A stretch of DNA of 64,000 nt from the human T2T-CHM13v2.0 reference genome, Homo sapiens. The stretch lies in NCBI RefSeq assembly GCF_009914755.1, contig NC_060925.1; one strand, written 5' to 3'. The notes under the pieces were generated by a model. The model saw nothing but the letters and a program-made list of their open reading frames with translations, ran no database searches and had not been told where the DNA came from. This document shows positions 1 through 16,008 of the stretch, piece after piece. Within the stretch, counting starts at the first letter, position 1; every line of letters begins with the position of its first letter. A program made the position numbers and the translations under genes.

Positions 1-337
1 AGAAAAGAGAGATCATAATTTATAATTCATTTAGCCAGAAGCATCACAGCAATTTTGGTGAGAGAAGAGAGTAGATTGTTGAGTTGAATGCATGGTGGTT
101 GTTATTTCACAGACTTACCTCATTTGGGGGGAAAGGAAGAAAAGAGAGTATTTTCACAGTGCAGGATATGGAGGCACGACTGGGGAGAATCCATTTCTGT
201 GCCAGTCCCCACTCGGTGGAAGATGGCAGAGGGGCCTAACTAACTAGCGGGTTAGGTGGGCAGAAGGGCTGAGAGCTGTGGGGAGGAGCTGTGCACCTGC
301 CGGGGTTACAAGTGTGGGGGGCGCTCTGTAGGGGTGA

Positions 338-768
<431 letters not shown>

Positions 769-1345
769 TTAATGGCCTTCTTTTAAAAATTCAGATTTCT
801 GCAAAATTATATTGGGATATTTGTCAGTTCTAACGATTTCTTGATGGTTGGGAGGATGATCAAGATTGAAGCAGTAAAGCCTCTTTTTAATCACAGTGCA
901 TGATGTGCTTAGATTCCATGGGTATAATATGAGCTGTGCCAGCCACATTCTTGATTTGCAGGCCTTGGGACACTATGTTGAGATTTCCGGCCCTCCTTAT
1001 TTTATGCTGAGAATCAGTTGGAGCTAGATATGGCAGAGACTAGAAATCGCCATCATTAGATGAAAAGAAACAATGGTTAAGTAAGTCAGCTCCCTCTGGG
1101 TAAAACACAAAGCTTGGAAATAACAAGCAGCTCTACACAAGCAACATGAGGCTCGGCTGTGTGTGCCTGTAGGAGGTGACCTCACATATGTTCTCTCATT
1201 TAATCTTCACAGCAATCTTCTGGCAAAGGTCCCATCATTATTCCCCTTTTGCAGATGGGGATACTGAGGCTCAGAGTTGAAGCAACTTTCTCCAAGAAGG
1301 TTACTAGCTGGTAAATACCTAAGTCAAGATAAGAATTCTGGTCTA

Positions 1346-1581
<236 letters not shown>

Positions 1582-3238
1582 CTAGCTGACTCCAATCCCA
1601 GGCTAAGCAGGGCTCTTTTTCCTCATGGAAACTTGCAGGGACTGTTTTCTCCTTTGTCCCTTCTCAGTTTGTAGGAGCTTCTGTCATATCTTCAACATCA
1701 AAGTCCTCTGGAGATAAAGGTCTGCTTCTAACTGAAGTGTGGACGTCTTGTCTTCTGAACTCCAGATGGCCAGAGGCTCCAGTGTGCCCTGCAGCTCTGC
1801 CAGCTTCACTGGTGTCAGGTCATTCCTCCCAGCGACCTCAGATGCAAATACACTCTCTATGCCAGTCAGCCACACTGGACCAGAGGGAAAACTGCATTTT
1901 TAGGATGCTGCTTTATTAAGAAATTTTAAAACCATAAAGTATAGCAGGCATACGAAAGAGTGTATAAACACATCCTTATCCAAGTTAAAGGAGAATAAAG
2001 TGAACACCTGTGTATTGCCTACCCTGATTGAGAACTAGAACAGTTTCAGGAGCTTAGAATTCCCCTGGCACCCCTCCCCAACCTCATCCCTGTGCCTCCC
2101 CCATGAGGTCCAATATGTGTATCTTTAAGCCTATTATTTACTTTTGCCTGTGTTTGAAGATCACACCACTGGAACATGCAGATTGTATGCAAAACAAGCC
2201 ATCTTCCCTGGCTTGCTTCCTCCCTCAACATTGTGTGACTGAGAGTCACGGCTGCTGATGCACACACCTGTAGTTCATTTATTTCATTTTCGTTGTTGCA
2301 TCATATTCCTTTGGATGACTCTTCATCCAGTGAATTATTATCCATCCTATTCTTGATTTGGGTTAAGTCTATTGGTTTTGGGGTTTTGTTTTGCAAATAA
2401 TACTGTGTCTTTAGATAGGCACATATTTAACTTGTCTTAATAATGCCAAATGGTTTTCCAAAGTGCTTATACCAATTACACATCAACTAGTAGTAGGTGA
2501 GAGGTCCCGTTGCTCCATATACGATGTTTGGTATTGTCTGATTTTCAGGAGTTTTTTTGGTCACTGTAGTGGTTGGGAAGTGGTACTTTGTGATTTCATT
2601 TGCATTTCCTTGATTGCTAATGAAGTTGACCATCTTTTCATGTTTATGGCCATTTGTGATTCCTTTACTGTGAAGTCCCTGTTCCTTGCTTTTGCCTGTT
2701 TTATTTTTCCCTCGGAGGGGGAATTGCTTGACTTTGTAAGTTATATGAATTGCAAACATCTCCAAATTTGTGGCTTGTCTGCTCACTTAAAAAAAAATTA
2801 TGGAACAGAAGGGCTTAATGTAATCTACGCAAATTTGTCAATCATTCCCCTTAGGATTTGAGCTTTTGGAGTCTTCTTTAAGAAATGTTTTCCATTGCCT
2901 TCTGAAAAGTATCACAATTTTTCTTTACATTTATGCTTTTAATTCAACCAGAGTTAATTTTTGTATGTAAGTTTAGGTAACTACTGTTCCAACATCATTT
3001 ATTGAATATCCCACTTTTCTTCCCCACCTGATTTGCAAGGCCAGCTCAATAATAAATCAAGTTTCCATCAATGTGTGAGTCTGTTTATCAGCTCTCTATT
3101 GTGTTCCATTGTTCAATTTGCCTCTCTCTCTCTACACAAAGACCTCATTACCTTAATTATTAAAGCTTTATGACAAACACCCGTGATATATGGTAAGGCA
3201 AATCCTTCCACCTTGTTCTTCAGAAATATCAAAGCCTC

Positions 3239-3560
3239 GGCTGGGTGCTGTGGCTCATGCCTGTAATCCCAGCACTTTGGGAGGCCGAGGCGGGTGGATC
3301 ACCTGAGGTCAGGAGTTTGAGACCAGCCTGGCCAACATGATGAAACCCCGTCTCTACTAAAAATACAAAAATTAGCCGGGTGTGTTTGTGGGCGCCTGCA
3401 ATCCCAGCTACTAGGGGGTTGCTGAGGCATGAGAATCACCTGAACACGGGAGACAGAGGTTGCAGTGAGCCAAGATTGTGCCACTGCACTCCAGCCTGGG
3501 TGACAGAGCGAGACTCCATCTCAAAAAATAAAAATAAAAAATAAAATAAAGAAAAGAAAA
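3239..3560 (+). mobile_element. Alu (AluSx-like)
   Basis: Full dimer with A-rich tail; tcaaagcctc is repeated on both flanks. Confidence 0.95.
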
Positions 3561-4199
3561 GCAATGTCAAAGCCTCTTTTGTTTTTATGTAAATTTTACA
3601 ATCGGTTTGCCATTTTCCATTAAAAAGTATGTTTGGATTTTGACTGGCATTGCATTAAATTTATAGATTCATTTGGGGAAGAATAAACTCTTTATAATCC
3701 TGAACACGGATATTTTTCCATTTATTTAGGTTTTCTTTATTATCCTTTCACAATATTTCATAATTTTCTCTGTAAGGCTTTAACAAGCCTTTTGTTAGTT
3801 TATTGCTAAGCTTTTAATATTTTTGGATGCTATTTTAAATGGTTTCTTTTCTTAAAAAATTCATTTTCCAGCTTCTTATTGATAGGGTATAGAAATGTAA
3901 TTAATTTGTATGTGTTGAATTTGTACCAGCAATCATACTGTCTTATTAATTCTAATAATCTATCTTTAGACGCTTTTAAGTAGATGGGTAGATAAACATA
4001 GCGGCTGCCAATAATGACAAAATTTTCTACCGTTCTAATCCTTTTCCTCTTATTTATTTTTCCATCCTTATTACACCGCTAGACCCTCCACTGTGGAGGG
4101 GTAATAACAGGCATCTTGATTTTACCGGTAAGAATGATGTGTGCTTTAGGAAGATATCATTTTGCAGATGCCATTGATTGTGTTAAGGAAGTTCCCTTT

Positions 4200-4695
4200 T
4201 GTATTAACTTTCTATTGCTGCATAACAAATTACCACAGGTTTAGTGACTCGAACAACACATATTTATTACCTCAGTTTCCATGGTTCAGGAGCCTGGGTA
4301 CAGTTTAGTTGGGTTATTTGGTCAGAGTCTCACAAGGATTAGTCAACATTTGGCCAGGCTGCATTCTTGTCTGGAGGTTCAACTAGAGAATATTCTTTTC
4401 TCTAAGCTCATTCAAATTGCTGGCAGAATTCATTTCCTGGTGGCTACATGACTGGTGGCCCTGGCTTATTACTGGCTGTTGGTCACTCTCGGCTCCTAGT
4501 GGCTGCCCACAGCCCCCTGCCGTAGGCCTTGGCAGTTCACAACAGATCTGTTGCATCAAGGCCAGTAGGAAAATCTCTCCAGTCCATTAACATGGAATCT
4601 TATTTGAAAAAAAAAAAAAAAAAAAAAAAAAGCATAATCTTGGGAGTGACATCTCATCACCTTTGCCATATTCCTGGCCAGAAGCAATGCTCAGG
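4200..4695 (-). mobile_element. MaLR LTR (MLT1-type)
   Basis: Terminus tgtattaactttctattgctgcataacaaattaccaca is typical of MLT1 in reverse orientation. Confidence 0.7.
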
Positions 4696-5128
4696 GTTTG
4701 TTTTTTATTTTTAATTTACCAATGTTTAATTAATCTTTTAAAAAATCTATTATTGTTAGATTATTTTTCTTCTTTGGTTCATTGGTAAATTTTATTTTAC
4801 TTTTCTAAGATTAAAAAAAAACTTGTATTCTTTGGGTCAAATTTAATTCTGGTGTACTCCCCCACCTCCCACACCTATTTCTAGATTTGGTTTGATCACA
4901 GCATGTTTAGGATGTTTGAATCAACAGTCTTAAGTAAAACTTGTCTATAATTTTCCTTCCTTGTACTGTCCTCATCAGGTTCTGATATCAATCCTTTGCT
5001 AGCCTCATAAAATGACTTGGAAAGTGGTCTTTTTCTTTTCTTTTTTTCTTATGATCTAGGAAAAAAATATGTGAATTGGATTTACTTTGCTATTTAAATG
5101 TTTGGTAGAATTTGCCAAAATCATCTAG

Positions 5129-5454
<326 letters not shown>

Positions 5455-5849
5455 TCTTTGTGACAAAATTTTGAATCATTCATTCATTCATTTATAGTTT
5501 AAAAAATGATACTATGATTATTCCATTTTTCTATTTCTTCTTGAGTCCGTTTTGGTAAGTAATATTTTTCATTTCCAAATATCTTCTTATCTTTTTAGCA
5601 TTTGTAGCATCATTCCTAATATTGTTTTGTGTTCTCTCTCTCTCCCTTTTCTCCCTTTCTCTGTTTTTCTGTCTCTTGTTTAATCCTGCTAGAGAATTAT
5701 CAATTTTATTAGTAAATTCAAAGGAAGAACTTTTGACTTTTAAAAAACCTCATCTAGTGTGAGTTTACTTTCTATTAATTGTTTCTGCTCTTGTCTCTAT
5801 TTGTATATTCTACTTTATTTGGAAATCTCATGTTACTCTTTCTAATTTC

Positions 5850-6155
5850 TTTCTTCCTTTTCTTTTTTTTTTGAGACGGAGTCTCACACTGTCTCTCAGA
5901 CTGGAGTGCAATGGTGCGACCTCAGCTCACTGCAAGCTTTGCCTCCCGGGATCACGCCATTCTCCTGCCTCAGCCTCCTGAGTAGCTGGAACTACAGGCA
6001 CCTGCCACCACGCCTGGCTAATTTTTTTTGTATTTGTAGTAGAGACAGGGTTTCACCGTGTTAGCCAGGATGGTCTTGATCTCCTGACCTCGTGATCCGC
6101 CCGCCTTGGTCTCCCAAAGTGCTGGGATTACACGCGTGAGCCACCGCACCCAGCC
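5850..6155 (-). mobile_element. AluY-like
   Basis: Reverse Alu with cacgccattctcctg and ccgtgttagccaggatgg motifs; flank repeat tctttctaatttct. Confidence 0.92.
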
Positions 6156-6259
6156 TAATCTTTCTAATTTCTTAAAATTTCATTCAACTCATTTTGAAAC
6201 ACAGCATTTTCCTTAATGTTCTGTTTTACATATTTAAATTTTTATGATTTATTCTTTGA

Positions 6260-6703
<444 letters not shown>

Positions 6704-6758
6704 TGAAGTCAGAGAATTTTGTTTGTATGGTACCATTCCTTTAAAACGTGTTGAACTT

Positions 6759-7050
6759 GGCCGGCACGGTGGCCCACACCTGTAATCCCAGCACTTTGGA
6801 AGTCCGAGGAGTGGGGATCACGAGGTCAGGAGGTTGAGACCATCCTAGCTAACATGGTGAAACCCTGTCTCCACTAAAAAATACAAAAAATTAGCCGGGC
6901 GTGGTGGTGGGCGCCTGTAGTCCCAGCTACTCGGGAGGCTGAGGCAAGAATGGCGTGAACCGGTGAGGCGCAGCTTTCAGTGAGCCGAGATCGCGCCACT
7001 GCACTCCAGCCTGGGCGACAGAGCAAGACTCTGTCTCAAAAAAAAAAAAA
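6759..7050 (+). mobile_element. AluY-like
   Basis: Forward Alu with gaatggcgtgaacc; TSD aaaa(c/t)gtgttgaactt. Confidence 0.93.
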
Positions 7051-7802
7051 TGTGTTGAACTTGCTTTAGTGTCCATTATGTGGTCAAGTTTCATTAATAT
7101 TCAATGTACAAGGAAAAAGTGTATCCTACAGATTTGATTATGTCATTCAATTTTTCTATATCTTTTTAGATTTTTATTTTGTCTACTTGATCAACTACTT
7201 CCTCAGAAAGATGTATTAAATTTTCCTGCTATGGTTGTAGGTTTGTCTGTTTTGTTGTAGTTCTGTAAATGTTTGCTTTATATATTTTAAGGCCATATTA
7301 TTAAGTGTATTCTATATACTTTAAATTGTTATCTTTTCTTGGAGAACTCAGTGCTTTTTACATTAAAGCCTCCCCCTACCGCCCAGTATTTATTAGCTAT
7401 ACCCATATTTTTTTGATTAAAATATACTTGAATCTTTTAAAAATTCACACTTTCAATTTTTCTTTATGCTATGCTTTAAATGTGTTTCTTGTAAATAGCA
7501 TTTATTTGAATAATTTAAAACATTTGGTCTGACAATCTTTTTCTTTTGCCTGGAGTCCATAACTTTCATTGCGATTATCGAAATATTTGGATATATTTAT
7601 ACCATTTTGTTTCATCCTTCCAATTTGTTCTTTTACGTGTTTTCCCATCCTTTCTAACCTTCTTTTGAATTGATTTTTTTTCTCTATTTTTCAAACTCTA
7701 CTAGTTTGAAAGTTGTAGGCTCTGTTTTAATTATATTATTGATTGTAATTTAAATGGTCAAACTCTGAAGTTATCAATATTTACCTTCCTTCCAAACAAT
7801 AC

Positions 7803-8153
7803 TACTACGGTCTGAATGTGTCTCCCCAAAAGCATGTGTAGAAACCTAACCCCCAATGCAATAGTGTTGGGAGGTGGGTCTACGGGGATATTTTAGGTTA
7901 TTATGGCAAAGCTCTCATGACTGGAATAATGCCAACTATTAAAAGAGCTTGAGGCTGCAAGTTCACTCTTGTGCTCTCTCTTGCTCTTCCATCTTCCATC
8001 TATGGGATGATGGAGGAAGAAGGCCCTTAAAAGATGCTGACCCCTCAATCTTGGACTTCCTAGTCTCCAGAACTGTGTGCCAATAAATTTTTGTTCATTA
8101 TAAATTACCCAGTCTCAGGTATTCTGTTATAGCAGCAAAAAATAGATAAAGAC
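7803..8153 (+). mobile_element. MaLR solo LTR (MST/MLT1A-type)
   Basis: Starts tactacggtctgaatgtgtctccccaaa and ends aataaa...aattacccagtctcaggtattctgttatagcagcaaaaaatagataaagaca. Confidence 0.8.
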
Positions 8154-8617
8154 ATATACTAAGATCTTAGGTCACTTTTATTCCACTCATCACCCCTTCC
8201 TGACTGATAGATCATTTTCTGCTTTAGTCTTTTTTTTTTTTTTCCCCCAAACCACATTGGTTCATTTAACAGAATCTCTTGCTGTGGTTCTTTCTTTCTC
8301 CATCACTCTGCTAACTTAGTGGTCAAAGTACACTCTAAAGTCAATTTTGACATTCCACATTTTCTTGTTATCCTACTTAATTTTTGTGTTTTAAACTTTT
8401 TAAATGTCAGAACTATTGAAATGGCATTTCTCTTTAATTCTCATTCTGGTCACTCCTCTGGGAGATTTGATGTGTGCCCAGGAGGTTGGTTCTTCTCCAC
8501 CAGGACTCTTTATGTTGGATATGACAGAAAATTCATCTCCAAATGGTTGCAATATAAAGCAAAGTTACTGGTTCAGGTAATTAGGAGATTCAGTGGCTCC
8601 AAGGATATTACCAAGGG

Positions 8618-9520
<903 letters not shown>

Positions 9521-12500
9521 TAATGTCCCCATTTCTCTCCTCTCCCCTCTGCCTTTGGTGGTCTTCATCCTCATGTTCCACATGGTGGCCCTCTGTCAAC
9601 TCCTCCCTCTCCCCTCATCAAACAAAAGGGTTGCAGCAGCTCCTGATCAAGCAGCACCTCACCCTCCTGGGGTAGAGGGTCTTTTCTGGTTGCTCTGGCT
9701 CAAGCCCTGGGCTCTGGGGTTCACTTGCTCCCATTGGCCTGATTTGGGCCCTGTGCCCATCCGTTGGCTAGGGTGATGAGGTACTCTGATTGTCTTAAGC
9801 CTGCCATGGCCCACCAGAGGTCTGGAAGTTGTATTAACCCCACCCAAGTGCATAGTTGGGATGGGAGAAGGGCAAATTCACTAAAGAAAACTCTGCATGC
9901 TGTTGGCAGAGAATTGGGGAATGGGTGCTCTAGAGATAGTGAATAAATGTCCTCTACAGTTTTCTCACATCTTATTTCCAAGTACAGAACTGAGAATGTC
10001 AGTTCCTCTTATTGATGATCTGACCATACTCGTCGAGCATTTTCTCAATTAAACTGCCACCAAACAGGGTCCTATGTTCCCAAATTTGTGAATCAAGTAA
10101 ACATTGCATTGTTATTATTGAAAAAAGTCTGTAGGAAATCCTAAGGGTAAATTTGTTAAGATTCCCAAATTCTGAAGTTTAGGATGAGTTATGTATCTAC
10201 CTTCTCATTCCAAGAGGTGGGAGGTGAGGAGGGTGTTCTAAGAAAGGGCAATTGAATCACAGCTTACAGGCACTTACAGAAGACCTGACATTTCCCTTGA
10301 TGAGTGACTGGGATGTGGGTGCCCCATTACTGTATGCATTCTTTCTTGAGAAGTACTTGATTGCTTTTAAGTGATACCCCAGTGTTTGAAAGTAGGAAGC
10401 AGAAGAGGTTTGGAAAAGCGTTTTACCTAGGTGAAGAGGAAATCGCCCTCAGGTATTGCATGCGTGTTTTCCACCTTTGGTTTTCCGGGGGGGAGGAATG
10501 CATTTTAAGAGAGGCTATTAAGTGTGACTTGTTCTCAGAAAAAATAAAGTGTAAATTTCAAATTCATGCTACAAGCAGATTAAGTTAATTTTGGCTAATC
10601 TTCATGTATTATTTGCAGTGGTGACGGCAATGAAGATTAATAACCTTGACCATCATTAGCATAATCCACTGTAATGCTGGATATAAAATCACATCATTTT
10701 AATAATCGAATTTAATGTTTCCTGACCAGTGGGGGTTCTTGTAGCTTTGCAAGTATTAGCTGTAAATTCTTTAAACTAAAGGCAGATAACTTTGAAAATG
10801 ATCAATGCCTCTGGAATATAAAATGCACTATGAATTATTTTAACCAGTCGCAATATGCATATCTTTGTTTTCTTTGAGATATTGCTAATGCGGTGTATGC
10901 ATTAGCGGTGTATGCGTGTGTTGAGAAGCAGGGGCTTTTCTTCTTAGCAAACATTTGCAAAATGGATAACCAACTACTTTATGAGGATGAATCAAGAAAG
11001 AGCATGGAGAGGCTATGGGCAGGCCTCAATTTACCACATCAGCCCAGAAGGCATTCTCAATGTGGCATGAAAAGGTTCCAGTTTACTTTCTGCCCATAAT
11101 TCTCCATTTGATTCCAGGCAAATCACTTCTCTTGAATCTCTGTCTCCTACGTGTAAGGCAAGGGCCATGACCTAGATGAATGTCTCTAACAGGCATGGCC
11201 TGCCTTCTCATCTGCATCCGCATACAGTGCCAGCACCTTGTTTTTGACAGCCATACAGATGAGCCTTTTCCTGGATGCCAAGTGACATTTCTTTTTCCCT
11301 CAGATTGCCCTATTCCCGTTGGTCTGCAGGGGGTGTTCTTACTCAGAGTCTCCTGAATTCTGAATTAGCAGAATTGTCCATTTTGGAAAACTGGGCCCAC
11401 CTTTGAGTTCTAATGTCTTGTTTTTCCAGCTTCCACAGTTATGCATGATGTAATAATGGATCAAATTTTCTTTATAATAGGAGACAACATTTTATCTAGT
11501 GGTTAGATATAGTTTGGAAAAGATCAATGCGTATAACATAGCAGGTTACCCAATTTTTGTGCGTTAGGTTTAGTGAGTTACCTGCTAGCAAGGACAATGT
11601 GTTATGTTTAATTTTAACTTTTTTCGTCTAGTGAAAAATGTCAGAATAGCCCTCCCTCAATCTTCACCCAGAGCTAAGGCCAAAGAAAGACATTACACCC
11701 AGACAGACTCTGTGCCAGGAGAAAGCAGCAGCCAGCCAGAGAAATACCATGTGAGGGAAGAGTAACCTGGCAGCATTGTTTGCCAATACACGTAGAGCCA
11801 GCATGCAGATCAGCACAGTCTCATGGGGCCAGGACTGAAGAGACATGAGGGCAAGATGAAAAGGAATCAAGCTTCGAGTAAATCACCATCTTTATAAAAA
11901 CCTTGCCCCCTCCTACTCTCTTCTCTTCCCATCTCCTCACCAACTAGGGGGAGGGGAGAGATCCTGAGGAGGGCTGTGCCAGACTAGGCACCGGTGGCCT
12001 CACTTCAGCAAGCTCTGGATCAGTGGTGCTCAACTTGGGGCACCCCTTAGAACGACCTGTGGTGCCTCAGGGACATGCCCAGGTGTCACCCATACTCTGC
12101 TTCTGAGTCTCCATGGGTTGAGAAGCCTGGCTTGGGGTTTTCAAAAGCTTCAGAGATGAGTCTACTGAGACCCTCTGCTCAGCTAAATGGAAGGAGTGCT
12201 GTGTGGAACTGCCTGATACTTTACTTGAACATAGTTGCAAGTTTGCCGTATCACACATCAGTGTGTCTAGATATTCTCGTTGATGAACAGCCATTCACCT
12301 TAGGAGCGGCTCTCACTCTCTCTGGGTGGTTAAAACTGGGTTTGGTATTAAGGCCTTCCATGTGTCTCCATGTTGGGGGGGCCAATCTCCTGAGTCAACA
12401 CTACCATGAAAACCACGGCAGTTCTGGCCTTGCTTAAAGAAGCAACCTTTTCCAGGGGACGCTGTTTCCGATCTAAATTAAGATTTCCTCTTTTAAAAAA

Positions 12501-12605
12501 TCTTGCTTTCACAACTATACATGTAGGGAAAGAAGAAGATAAAATTAAAGGAAATCAGTCACTTGCATTTTTGGTTTTTTGGTTTTAGTCAGTTCTCTTC
12601 TTGTT

Positions 12606-12611
12606 TTTATT
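12606..12611 (-). terminator. Distal polyadenylation signal AATAAA
   Basis: tttatt on the plus strand; on the minus strand it is followed ~45 nt later by the U-rich tract gatttcctttaattttatcttcttctttccc. Confidence 0.65.
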
Positions 12612-15295
12612 TAATGCCATAATATTATATTAGCATATGCCGTAACATTTAAAAATGCCCATTCTCTCCAGCTTCAGTTCAAGCAGGAGTGGGGAAGGCC
12701 ATAGACTAAGCCCACCTTCAAGGTCACACTTCCATATTTTGCACAGAGAAGAAAATGCAGTCTCCCATCCAGATCCTCAGACCCACACACCAGCCCACCA
12801 CTCTCATTCCAGATGCCCTAAGCCTGGGTCTGGACACATGTGGTCAATACACATCCTGGATCTTACAAATCCAATGGTGGCCAGCAGTAGAACTGAAGCC
12901 TGTAAGTTTTCATTCACTCCTAAAGTGTGCTGAGAAATCCTAGCCTGTTTTTTCCATTTAATTCCTGTAGATGAGTCATTTGCTCCTCAGTTTTCTATGG
13001 CCCAATTTTCCCATTGGAATAATGGGAATAATATGTCATCCACCTTACAGGGTGATGACTAATATATTGGCATTTGAGATCCTTAGATGAAAGGTATTAC
13101 TGTGTATAAGTATAAAGTACTATTATTTAGTAATCACTGAGTTGGTAAATGTATTCATTCATATGGAGTTTTTGGAGGAAGAGCTTTAAGGAATGACAGC
13201 AGTAGAAATGCAGCTAGATATATTTTTGAAAACATTTTTTAGGTCTACCAACTTAGAAAAAGTCCCAGATATTACATACTCCTTCTAAAGCACCTAATTT
13301 GCATTTTTATTATTATTATTATTTACCTAGAACTACAGAAAAATTTATGGGAAGGAAAGTAAGGGTACAGGGTTTTCAACTTGGGGAAATTCATTTCCCA
13401 TCCCCTGGCTGCCAAGCCTTCCTACTCACAATTCCACAAATGTGCCTGCAGCTGTGAGGACAGCTGGAGAGATCTGTTGTCTTTCTGGTCACCTCTGACA
13501 TTTTGCAGTGTCTCTTCTGATTGACACTGTATACAGGGCATGACCTCTCTGACTTGGCCCTGCCTATTATGAAAGTGTCACCATGGGGGCAGGGAGCTAG
13601 AGAGATTTAGTTGGTTTAAAGAAGTATAATGTGTCCTTGAGCTTTGAGCACAGCAATGGAAACCTGGCGACTCTTCCTGGAGCTCTAGGGACTTCTAACC
13701 AGAGCAAGTTGGTTCATTACAAGCTGTCACACCACAGAAAGAGAAGACCTTTGGCTAAGGTAGAGAAAGGCTGACTCATACAGGCAGTTGTATAACTGTA
13801 GACAGGCAGGGCCCATGGAGCTGTGGAGAGTTCACTGGGACTCCTCTGCCTTCTAAGACACAGGTTCCCACCTGCTTCAGGGAGAGAGACTTCCCACTAG
13901 TCCACCTTCTGTGTGTGTTACCAAAAGGAAGCCATATTTGGAGCTGGTCTAAGCTCCAGCCCCTGCAATTTCATTTGCCTTTCCTTAGTAAGGAACACAG
14001 TAACAACGCGAACAAAACCACACAGAGCATGTGAAGACCGGGCCCTTCTGATGCTGATGTGTGGAGAAAACTGGGCACTAGACTGAACAAATTTTTAGCT
14101 ATTGCCTTATGGGAACCACAGAAATGGATTGAAATAAAACTTACAAAATCACTTTAACCACTCTTATTTATGCATTACCACCAAGGGAAAACAAAGTCAC
14201 TGAAACAGAAAAATGTTTTCCAAAGGAAAAATGTTTCCTCTTTGGTGACCTGAGAAAGTTTACCGTAACTCCATTCAAAACCTTCAGGCACTTGACTTTT
14301 TTTTTTTTTTTTAATATCCTTTACCTTTTTAATAAAAAGTAAAAAACAAACAAAAAATACATCAATGTTCCGAATAGAACCTCTCTATGTAAAGGTCTCA
14401 CTAAACAAATAAACATAGGACCAGACAAAAGAAATGGAGCTGTGAATAGCAATATGATATATTATGAAGCATTTATATATGTATGTATATATTATATATG
14501 AATGTGCGGGTATATGTGTGTGCACCTATGTATGTATAAATCTGTAAATATTTGCCTACATACACGTCACACACACACATACATATTTATACTGACCTCT
14601 TTAGATTGAAGTCCAAGGCACTTTTTACAATGAACAGGTTAAAGCCATTAATTTAGAACATAACTGTTTCTGGGTACATATCGAGTTATGGCGCCAATAT
14701 CAGAATTCACGTCTTTCCTTGCCCACCTTGGAGTGTTTCTTGTTGGTGCAATGAGTAAGAGAATTGGCTTTCAAGGAGATTAGCAATGTTTCTAGATGGT
14801 TAAACTAACTTCTCTTGCTATTTTCCTCTAGGGGAGGGGAGTTCTTACTGGTGAGATGCTGAGTTCCTCAAGGGAAGAACACAAGGATCGAGAAACACAA
14901 CAATTTCTGTACTATGCTAAGCAGAGACTCCTGTAGCCTTCCAGAGGACCTGCCCTGAGGTTCCACCTGATATTCTGATGGCTTTGCTAGTCTGGTCTAA
15001 AAAAAAAGACTAAAACTTAAAAATGGGGGCTTTGAGGTGGCTCAAGGATATGGAGTGCTATTTAGGTAAGACCGGAAAAAGACTATCTCTTATTGACTTT
15101 ATTATGTTTGATGTAGACCATCCAAGTTATATAACCTCAAGTGGAATTTAAAGATGCATTTTTTTAATCCTTATGATCATTCAGGACCTTCACATCTTCA
15201 AATAATTCTGTAAATGAGACTCAAGGAAGAGATAGCTTCATTCTCTAATTATTAACGAGGTTAGTTATCACTACGGTGAGGTGAGGCCAGTGCTT

Positions 15296-15452
15296 ATCAA
15301 TATTTCTGGTGCATACAGGTCACCTGGGGATTTGTTAAAAGGCCAATTCTGATGAAGAAGGTTTGATGTGGGGCCTGAGATTCTGCATTTCTAACAAGCT
15401 TACAGATGATGCTAACGCTGCTGGTCTGTGGACCACACTTTGAGTAGCAAGG
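15296..15452. mobile_element. MER5A-type hAT-Charlie MITE
   Basis: ggggcctgagattctgcatttctaacaagc...ggaccacactttgagtagc. Confidence 0.8.
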
Positions 15453-15648
15453 GTTAGCATATAGCCATGGACTTGAATTACTGTCAAGAGGTCTGCTTTC
15501 CCCAAATGATGAATTTGCATTTGTTTCCTTGATTCTAGATGGAATACAACTTTGAGGGGAAAGGTCAGAATATATTTGCTCTTTATAAATGTAAGTCTTG
15601 GTCTGAGCAGTGTTAGAAGGAAAAACCAAAAGAAAAAAGCACTTACTG

Positions 15649-16008
<360 letters not shown>

